Shown one piece after another: positions 54,213-64,000 of a stretch of DNA of 64,000 bases. The first letter of the stretch is position 1; every line of letters starts with the position of its first letter. Made by a program: the position numbers and the translations under genes. Under the pieces are notes generated by a model, which searched no databases, was not told the origin of the DNA, and saw nothing but the letters and a program-made list of their open reading frames with translations. Source of the DNA: the human T2T-CHM13v2.0 reference genome, Homo sapiens; assembly GCF_009914755.1 (NCBI RefSeq), contig NC_060946.1; one strand, written 5' to 3'.

Positions 54213-56409
54213 GTTCACTAGCCAGCAGTGAGGGGTAGCACCTTGAGGGAACACAGGGCAGGGGCAGCTGGGTTGGGAAGGAGGACGTCCTTCGGCTGCC
54301 TGGAGGGCCCCACGGGTTACCTGGGCACCTGCCACCACCCACATCCTGGAGGAGGAGAGCTCCTCACATCCTGACTGTGTCTGGCAGGCTGAGTCCCAGG
54401 CCTATATACAGGGCCAGACAGGCCTGCAGGGCTATGAGTGACCAACATCAGCTTCCCGTCCAGGGCCCGGCCAGGTGCCTTTGGCTGGGACCTGGCTGTG
54501 CGGCCACGGAGCAGAGGAGCCTGGCCAGAGAGACCAGGGGAGGCGAACGGGACCCCACTGGGCTCCAGAACCCACCCTGCTCCCTCCACACAGCTGGGCC
54601 TGGGCAGGTCAGCCACTCTGGCTGGAGTCTGGGGGCGGAAGCGAGTCAGGGCTCAAGGCTCCTCCTGCTCTGTTCACTCCTGGGTCCCCTTGAGTGTCTG
54701 GTTCCTGCCGGTTTTCCCAGGAGACCCCAGGCCAGCTGCAGGAGGCCGGGGTTGGACCTTCCATCCAGCTGAGTCCACTCACCTCCAAGAGCTCTGATCA
54801 GGGCCCTCTGGGTGCTGCTGTCCACACAAGGCCGGCTCTGTCTCTGCCTCCCTGCCCCACTCGGGGAGGGTTGGGTCATGGTAGGGAGGCCCTGGGGTGC
54901 TCAGAGCGTCTGGGCAGCAGGAGTACATCGCTTCCAAGAAGGATCAGTTTCCCAACGCTGAGGCCAACACTGTCTGGAGCCCTGAGGAGGGCCCCAGGTG
55001 GCAGATACCAGGACGGGTGCAGCCTCTGCCACCCTCACCTCCCCAAAGCATCCGGTCTCAGGCACAGGGAATTGTAGCCGAGGGCCAGGGTCCCAGGAGG
55101 ATCAAAGGTGGGACCTTCCAGGGTGGTCTCCTGTGACCGTCACTGCTTTCAAACCACCAGGGGCAGCGCGTCTGCCCCTACAGCCTGTGCCACCAGGAGA
55201 GACCAGGCCATCCATCTGGGTTTAATTTGGAAATTAGGCAGTGTTCAAGTTCCATTATGTGGCAGAATTAGCCGCAGAAGCCAAGGCAGCGTCACGCGTG
55301 GAGAATGAGCTATGGCTTCGTTAATCAGGGGAGACAGCGCTGGGAACCAGGAGGCCGGCGAGGTCACCAGAGGAAGGAGGGGCTGCAGCCGCCGTGGGGT
55401 GCCAGACACCTGGGCCCCACCTCGCCGCCATCTGCCCTCATAAACCCGGGTCTGGTGGGCTCCCAGCTCTGGCCGGCCCATTCCAGGCCAGACACCTGCC
55501 TCACTGCCAGCTGCCCCGAGAAACCCTAATGTGGTGGGCTCCCAGCTCCAGTTCCCAGCTCCAGCCGGTCCGTCTCCGGGACACTCCCGGGTATGGGTGT
55601 TTGTTCTCTACCCTGCTCCTCTGCCCGAAGCCGGTCTCCCTCCTCAGACCTGACTCCATTCCAGGAACCCCCATGAAAGGGGCAGGTGGGCCATTTGACG
55701 GGGAGGTTGGGATCTGTGCTGGGTGATAGGGGCTTAAACCACCATCTGTGGCAACGCTGGGAGGACAGGACAAGACTCAGCGTGTCCGGGGGAAGCCGGT
55801 GCAGCCCGGCCCTGAGGGCCTCAGAGCGCAGTGCCAGGGGAATCTAAGCCTGAGGAAGGACAGTGACAGGAGCGGGGAGAAGAGACAGAATGTGGCAAGG
55901 GCAGGAAGTGACAGGGAGCCGTCGCGTCCTCCTGTGCCTCCTCCCGGGGGTCAGCCTCGAGGGAGGGGCCTCTCCAAGCCTCCCAGAGGCAAGACTTGTC
56001 CCCATGCTGGGCCTGTGTGTCCCACTGGAGGCAGGACTTGTCCCCACGCTGGGCCCCTGTGTCCCGGCCAGACTGCTGATTCTGACCTGGCGTGGGCAGA
56101 CCCTGAGTACTGAGAGATCCTCATCCACAGGGCCCCTGCTGAGGTGGCTTCCCCGGTGCCTGGAGGGTGACCAGAGGGTGACAGTTGCCTCTGTGCTGTG
56201 CCCCTCTCTGGACAGGCCACATGGCCAGCTCCTCCTGCCTGCTGGGTCTGGGTACCATTGGCAAGCTGTGCCAGGGCCACCCACCCCAGGGCCTGCGGAG
56301 GGGCCTGAAGTTCTCAGTCACTGGGGCTCCCCGTCCTGCAACCTGCTGTGAGGGTGGAGCTGCTCTGACAGGGGAGGGGAGGGTGTCGGATTGGGGTGGC
56401 CTGGGACAG

Positions 56410-56460
56410 CCACAGCGGGGACACGGGCACACAGCGGGGACACGGGCACACAGCGGGGAG
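56410..56460. repeat. 20-bp tandem repeat, 2.5 copies
   Basis: CACAGCGGGGACACGGGCAC. Confidence 0.85.
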
Positions 56461-59400
56461 ACAGGCACTCAGCAGGGACATGAGCACACTGAGGGGAGAT
56501 GTCCGCTGTTGGAAGACAGAGATAGCTTGGAGGGAGGCAGCCACAGGCCACGGAGCACCAGGAGCCACCAGCATTGGGAAGGGCCCTGCAGTCCCCGGGG
56601 GCACAGCCCGTCCTTGCCTTGATCTCAGGTTTCTCCCTGTGAACTGTGAGAGGAGGGATCTGTTTTCAGCCACCTGGCCTGTGCTGCTTCCTGAAGGCTC
56701 TCTGTGGTGGCTGCTCTGCCCCAGGCTGACCTTTGATCTGCCCCAGGAAGAAGGAAGAAGAAGCCTGTCTTGGGGGCGGGGTCTCTGCAGCCCCCAGGCC
56801 AGCCCCTCTCAGCAGCAGGCCTGCTGCACTGGGACATCTTCTGCTCCCTGAAGAGAGGTCTCTGCCAGGGGGGAGGCAGGAAGACCCCCTGACCGGGCCG
56901 AGGCTGGTGGTTGGGAGTGGAGTGGACTCAGCCCAGAAAGCCCCCCAAACCCCCTGCCGGTCCTCTAAGGGGAAAGCCAGCCCCTGTGCATGGCCCGGCA
57001 CTCCACCAGTCTCCAGGTGTGCACCCCCGCCGCTGTGCCCGCAGGGAGGAGGGCTCTGTGTGCCTGCCACCCCCTCCTCCCTCCCCCACAGGCCCTCTCA
57101 GGGCTTCAGAGGGGTTATCTCCTCTTTATGTATGTGGATCTTGCCATCTGGCTGCAGCTCCCAGAGGAACTCCTCCCAATTCTCCCCTTTAGGAGACCTC
57201 TCCCCTCCCTGTCACCCCCTCCCAGGGCCTTGCCTCACTATGGCTTTGCTTCTGTATCTTAGGGTGCAAAGATGCACCTGCCACCCAGTAGCTGTGCTAA
57301 GTGAGTTTTCCTCCCCGAGGCCCACTGGCTGGGGGGATGGGGGCCCCTAGGGTTCCAAGGACCAGGAGAGGACAGTGTCAAAGATCAAGCTGCAGGCTGC
57401 CTCAGGGCCCCAGGACCCCGCCTTGTGCTCATACCTCCCAGAAGCTGGTGCCCCCACCCCTGTCTTGGCCACTCCCCACCACTCCCTGAGCGGGTGCTTT
57501 TCCCAGCACCTGGAGCTCCAGGTGGGGTTCAGGCTGGACGGGGAGCAGAACCCTATGCGTGGGTGGGCTGCACCGCATAAGAGCCGGCAGGCGGTGTGGA
57601 CACTTTACCTCTGCTGCAGTTCTCTAACTTGTTGGGGGCCGAGGAGTGACAGTCTTACCAGCCAGTGGGCCCGGGGAAGCCTCTCCTCCCATTCCAGGCT
57701 CCCCCTGGGCTGGGCTAAGGGCTGAGTACAGGAGTTGGGTCTGGGAGTGGAGCAGATGTGACGCTTGCAGCCTGGCACAGGTGTGGACTTTGGTGTCCCC
57801 TCCTGAGCCCCTGCCATCGTCATCACAGAGCTGCCCCGGGACCTGTAAGACCAGGAAGCTCCCGGTGCCCAGAAGACCTGCGGGCTGCTCCCATCAGGTT
57901 CCCCGCACACACCTGCACTGATGCGATGCTTAGCGGGGTCCCTGCCAAGAACCCCAGGCCAGGGCTGCAGGGACAGCGAGCCATGAGGCTGTCCAGTGCC
58001 CAAGAGAGAAGACAGTGGTGACTTAGTGGTGGGGAGCAGCGGAGACCCCCTCACTGGACCCTCCCGGCAACCTCCTTCCACTGGTGCAGGCCAAGGGATC
58101 AATTGCAATGGTCTGGGGCCCACAGGTGCTTGCTGGGACCACCTGCTCACAATGCTCCTGCCCACGGAACACACGAACAATTGTGGGCTCAAACCCTTCA
58201 CCGTCTCCCATCCTCACCTCTGAAGTGCAAGTAATAAAAGAACCCTGGGCAAGGGTTCTGGTTTGTTTTGCTTTTCATTTTGGGGCTCAATGAGACTCTA
58301 GGAAAAGCTTTGCAGGGTGTGGGTAAGGTGGGAGGAGGGGCTACCCGCAGGTCTTTAGTCAGTGCCATCCCCAGGGCTCGGCGCCCTGTGCACGGCCAAA
58401 GTATGTCATGAGGACACAGACTCCCAGAGCTGGAGACACCAGTGGGGGCTTCCTTCCCCGACTTAGCAGTCACTGCGGGGACCCTAAGCAAGGGGCAGGG
58501 AGGTGGGTGCCCCTGAGTATCAGCCTTGCGGGGGTCCTTCTTGGCCAGCCTCCTCCCCGCTGCAGGGGAGACCTCAGGGCCCCGGAGACCCAGTAAGGCC
58601 AGGGCCTGGGGAGGGTGGGGGTCCTTCCTGGGTGGGGGCTCCCCAGGGGGCCTGGGGAGGGTGAAGAGGGTGGGGTCCTTCCTGGGTGGGGGCTCCCCGG
58701 GAAAGCGCCAAGGGGAGAGGAGACATGCTGCATCCACACGTTCCCTTCTCTTTTTTCCTTTCAGAACCTGCTTTAGGGCAGTGGGGCCAGGACACCCCCT
58801 TCTTGGGTGGTCTCACGTCCTCAGGAGACTTTGCTCTGGGGGGAGGCGGGGTCTCAGGTGCAGGAGAGGAGCTGGTGGCGGTTCAGGACTGAAGAGACTC
58901 ATGGTACCTGCTGGTTTTCCAGGACAAGAAGGACATCCCGGGAAGAACACATGGGGTACGAAACGCAGGACAAGGACTTCCGGGGGAGAGCATGCGGGGC
59001 CCCACACGCCATGGGCAGCTCACCGGGATGGGTTGGGGCGTGCAGGCCTGGCGGGGAGGGGTCTTGGCAGCGGTGGGGGGCGGCCCAGGCTTCAGGGGTT
59101 CTCCCTGCTCCTTTGAGGACACGTTGACCATGGTGGGGGGCAAAGAGAACTGCCCCGGAGGCACCGTCCCAGCCGGAGCCCCTTCCTGTGCTCAGGAGCC
59201 TCACAGTCCAATATAGAAGACGTCGTGTTCAATTATTCTGCGACAAAAGCCAGGGGTTTTCACAATTCCACACCCCATTAGCTGATAATTCAGCACAGTC
59301 TCTCATCTAATGTGACTATATTTTATACAAATTATTTCGGACAAGAATTCAGTCCTTAATAACATTGATCTTCATAAAATTGTCACCCAGCATCTTGTCT

Positions 59401-60164
59401 GGGGCCCCTGAACTTCAGTTTGATGTTACAAATCAAAGTGGGAGACGGCTACGGACGACCTCGTGGTCCGGAGCCCATAGCGGACGCGTCGCAGGCCTGG
59501 AATTCTGAGGCCACCGTCTGCAGAGCTCCTGGGACAGGGTGGAACCCAAGCCCACAAACCCTGGAGCCCCCACCCCCAAGTCCCCTCGGGGACAGGCAAA
59601 TGCCTTGTCCCTGCCACTAGCCCCTGTGGGTCCACTCAGCGCCTCCCACCCTCCTCCGCACAGTTTGGGGACCTGCTGTTTCCCGCACACTTTGAGAAGG
59701 GACTGACAGGTTCCTGGGTGGCCAGGGGCCTCGTGAGTGCCCGCCGACCCCGTGACAGGCACCTGCAGGCACCTGGAGGAAGATTCATCATGTGGCTCTG
59801 CGACACAGCAGGGCCATTGCCCTAATACGTTATCAGGCTTGTTGAAATATCAATTTTGCACATGGCTTCACACGGCTGCCTGCGGCCCTGCTCAAGCCTA
59901 TTACTTAATTCTTCTCTCATTAAGAAATCCAATCTCTGATTCCAGTGGCATTGGAGGGGGTGAGGGGAGGCACTGGCTAATAGACCTCAAACCATCTGCT
60001 AATTGCGGTTCCTCAAACCCCAAGTGAAGATGAAAGGGAATGAGGGAGGTAATGGAAAATCACCAAGGTGCCCGGACAAGGCCCAGACGTTCTCAGGCAG
60101 TCCAGGCGCTGTTCCTTCCAGCACCCACCGGCTCCCCTTCTAACCCCAGACACTGAAGTGGGGC

Positions 60165-60835
60165 TCTGCATACAAGATTTCCAGAGTTCCTCACAGCTCT
60201 GCATGCAAGATTTCCACAGCCCCTCCCGCTCTGCACACACAATTTATAGAACCCCTCCCGCTCTCCACACAAGATTTATACAACCCCTCCCGCTCTGCAC
60301 ACACAATTTCCACAGCCCCTCCCGCTCTGCACACGCAATTTCCACAGCCCCTCCCGCTCTGCACACGCAATTTCCAGAGCCCCTCCCGCTCTGCACACAC
60401 AATTTATACAACCCCTCCCACAGTGCACACACAATTTCCACAGCCCCTCCCGCTCTGCATACATGATATTCAAAGCCCCTCCCACTCTGCATACATGATA
60501 TCCACAGCCCCTCCCACTCTGCACACACAATTTATACAACCCCTCCCGCTCTGCACACGCAATTTCCACAGCCCCTCCCGCTCTGCACACGCGATTTCCA
60601 GAGCCCCTCCCGCTCTGCACACACAGTTTATACAACCCCTCCCACAGTGCACACACAATTTCCACAGCCCCTCCCGCTCTGCATACGTGATATCCAAAGC
60701 CCCTCCCACTCTGCATACGTGATATCCAAAGCCCCTCCCACTCTGCATACATGATATCCACAGCCCCTCCCACTCTGCACACAATTCACACAGCCCCTCC
60801 CACTCTGCACACATGATTTTCTTAGCCCCTCCCCA
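60165..60835. repeat. 32-bp VNTR, ~21 copies
   Basis: Unit CTCTGCACACACAATTTCCACAGCCCCTCCCG with variants. Confidence 0.97.
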
Positions 60836-63014
60836 CTTCCTGGGGCATTCTGTCCAAACTGCTTAGGCCCTAGTGTCCTGCCAGAGGATCCAACAGCAGC
60901 TCCACCAGGGAGAGACCAGAGGATGCTGACACCCCTTTCTGATGGGTGGCTGTGCCTCCTGAACCCTCAGCAGCCTCAACTCAGAGGGGTGGGCGTTCAT
61001 TCCAATGCCCCTGCCCCAGATCCGAGACAGCTCCCCTCCTCTCCTCTCTCCAGGAGGCCCTTGGGGCAGTCGATGACTTTGTGCAGCTCCGACCCCTCGT
61101 CCTCCTCCTCCAGAGGGAGGCCTGTCGACAGCAGTTTTCCATATCTCAAGCCCCTTTATAATTGAGGACATTAATTTATCTCTCCATCCTGTCGGCTCCA
61201 TGGTAAGCAGGCCCCAGTCCTTACCCTAAGATTCTTGTGTTCGCCAACCATTAATCATTTCCATCTCTCTTCTGAGCCCTTTCCAACAAAGGGCTTCATG
61301 TTGGTGCACCTTGACGAAGTTGTCCACAATCTCATCAACATGTAATCAGAGCCAAATGAAACAAGGGCAGATTTTATAAGAATAATTCCCAACGTAAATG
61401 ACCATAAACAACTAATTTTCTCTGTGATTCAACACACGGCTCCCTCCTCATCCGTTGCAGGGACTGTGGCCTTAGCTGTGTAAATACAAGCGCTTGGCTC
61501 CCAGCTGTTGCTCATAAGCAGTCTGGCTCGCGTCCAAGCCTGGGTACCTGTTTTGGCTCCAACCTAATACTCCCGTGTGTATTATTGGTGGCTTTCAAAT
61601 AAAGGAGCAGAAGATAGTGAGCTGAGTCTGCCTCCCTGCTCCGAGGAAGAGCGGAGTGCAGGACAGATGGACGGATAGATGAGGGCCAGCCCCACCCCTC
61701 TATCAGGCAGTGGGGGCAGCCCCCCTTCTCTCCTGCACTGTACCCTGCCCTCAAGTGCTTCTTGTCCTACAACCTGCCTTTAGAGCTTCAGTAGCCCAAA
61801 CCTTGGCAGCTCCACAGCATCCGCCCAGGCGCACTTGGAAGTGGGCACTGGCTTGGAATCCTTCTTCCAGCTGTGGAGACGGTCGGGTGTCCCGGTCCTA
61901 GCCCTTCAGTGTTAGAGGCTCAGCAGGCTACGTGCACCGCCTAAGGCACGTGATTCTTTGCAGAATCAAAAAGTCCAGGGAAAGCAATGAAAAAGACTCT
62001 GCTCATTGAGAGATTTTCATTGAGTATTATTTTTTTAGACAAGAACATTGGAGAGAATGTTTTGAAAAACACATTTAACTTTGGTTATGGGGAAGATATA
62101 ACAGGATACTAAAAAGTCCATATGGGAAAGGTGGGCCTTCATTAATGTCTCTTTAATTAGCCTTCATTAATTTCCCCTTAATTAGCCTTTGTTAATTTTG
62201 TCATTAGTAAATCTGCCCATCCATTTATTCACTCATTCACCTGCTGCCTTCCGAGGGCCAGGCTTCTGCAGGCTGTGGACAGCCACCCCAGGGCTGTGGC
62301 CGGGTGTGTTGTGGGTCTCCAGCTTCTCCCAGACCTCACGACTCTGGAAGCTGAGGTGAGCCCTGAAGAGGCAACAGCAGAAGCCCACAGCAGAGGAGAC
62401 GGCAGCTTGGGCCAGGACGGTGGCCCTGGGCACGGAGGAGGGATGGACATAGGGAGCTTGCAGATGCAGGATGCAGGAAGGGCAGAAGGAACAGAGCCAA
62501 GGTGACGTGTGGGCACCAGGTGTGGGAGAACGGTGAGTGTCGGTGCCTCTTGTCTGGATGGTGGAGAGAGAGCAGCTGGTTTAACAGAGAGCAGCCGGTT
62601 TAACGTGGAAGGTGGTTGGTTTTCACTGGACTGTGAGTTCTTGAGGGCAAAGGCCACGTCCACCTTGTTTCCCGTGTATTCTGATGCTGGCATGAATGGC
62701 AAGAGATGAAATGGAAAATAGGGAATGCTGCTGTGCTTGTGCTGAGTCTGGGGCCTGAGAAGCTCCCAGCTGCCGTGTCTGTGTGTGGCCATGGCTCCCA
62801 TCTGTGGCCGCTCTGTGAGGAGCTGGTGCTGCGTGGCAGGGGCCACAGCAAATGCCTGGCACCTTTCGGGAGGTCAATCACCTGCCGGTTTCTGAGAGAG
62901 ATGTGTCCCTTTTCTTTGGAATACCCCAGAATCAAAATCCATCCTCTCCACCTATGAGGGGGTTCCACCAAGCCATCGGGTGGTAGAAGGCGCAGGCTCT
63001 GGGGCCACGTAATA

Positions 63015-63372
63015 CAGACGGTCCCTGATTGACGATGGCTTCACATGGAACTTTCCAACTTTTCCATGGTGTGGACATGATACACATTCAGTTGAAACTG
63101 TGCTTTGAGGACAGAAATTCTAACTTTTGCTTTCTGTACAGTATTCCATGAATTACATGAGATAGTCCACACTTCAGTATAAAACGGGCTTTGTATTAGA
63201 TGATTTTGCCCAACCGTAGGCTGACGTAAGTGTTTGGAGCATGTTTAAGGCAGGGATGGCTAAGCTATGACACCTGGCGGGTTCTGTGTGCCCACAGCAT
63301 TTTCAGTTTATGACATTTTCCACTCACAAGGGCTCCTTCAGGCATGCCCCCTCATAAGTCAAGGGGCATCTC
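63015..63372 (-). mobile_element. Tigger3a (Golem) DNA transposon
   Basis: Preceded by TA; TTAGATGATTTTGCCCAAC..TAGGCT..GAGCATGTTTAAGG..GGCTAAGCTATGA; ends TAAGTCAAGGGGCATCT; ~350 bp. Confidence 0.85.
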
Positions 63373-63794
63373 GGCTCCCACCCTGGACTCCTCACCTAGT
63401 GCCATGAGACGGGGTTGGCTGCCAAGGTCTACAGAGCCTCAGTTTCTGTATCTGAGGCTCGGGAAGAATCGGCTGTCCTGAAAGGTCACTGCAAGGCTGG
63501 TGCCTGTCACCTGCTGGCACCTTGTCATCTGCTGGCACCCTGTGGTGTGGCTGAGCCGGGACTTGGAGCGCTGGAGCCGTCATTGTCATTGGGAAATGGG
63601 TCTCATGGAACCTCCCCACTGCAACCCCAGCCTGAGGCAGCAGAGACCTCGTGCTGCCCTTCCTTCCTCCCCTGACGCCTGAGTCTCCTGCATGAGGCTC
63701 CCAGGCCGGAAGGCCCAGGAGGAGGTGCTGGCAACAGACTTGTTCACCAGGGCAGCAGCTCCAGCATGCAAGGCTGGTGATTGTGGCTTCCTGA

Positions 63795-63915
63795 CAGACG
63801 GGGACCAGCTCAGGATCTCGGGGGCATCTGTGGGTCTGCCCCGGCCCGGGGCCCAGACGGGGAGCAGCTCAGGATCTCAGGGGTGCCTGTGGGTCTGCCC
63901 CAGCCTGGGGCCCAG
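63795..63915. repeat. 60-bp tandem duplication
   Basis: CAGACGGGGA(C/G)CAGCTCAGGATCTC...GTGGGTCTGCCCC x2. Confidence 0.85.
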
Positions 63916-64000
63916 CAGATGTATGTCAGTCTTTCCACAGTCACCATGTGGGGGAGCAGAGGCTCTAGGGGGCCAAGGCATGGGGCGGGCTGGGTGGCTG

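Noticed and set aside
54300-59200. Many overlapping 100-200 aa ORFs, possible CpG island or gene
   Set aside because: High GC suppresses stop codons, CpG remains visibly depleted relative to GpC, and there is no coherent exon structure or homology.

Overview
Non-coding primate (human-like, catarrhine: it carries AluY, AluS and L1PA elements) genomic DNA with a subtelomeric-style character: GC-rich, dense in minisatellites, with no credible protein-coding gene, RNA gene or prokaryotic system. About 24-38 kb and 47-51 kb are AT-rich blocks of nested transposons (L1, Alu, MaLR, ERV1 and ERVL LTRs, Made1). The flanks are GC-rich unique sequence with VNTRs (26, 30, 32, 47, 50, 66/67 and ~90 bp units) and G4- or triplex-prone tracts. 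The only recognisable protein-derived sequences are decayed ERVL relics (integrase end plus dUTPase at ~2.2-2.9 kb; gag at ~48.7-49.7 kb) and L1 ORF2 fragments. The best unexplained signal is a series of about 12-15 non-repetitive AT-rich islands (0.1-0.8 kb) packed with homeodomain, TCF/LEF, MEIS, FOX and SOX motifs. They look like an array of conserved developmental enhancers in a gene desert or large intron, but this is inference and conservation was not tested. Repeat names come from recalled consensus sequences, not a database search, and I could not identify the locus. I found no evidence for a genuinely new biological system.
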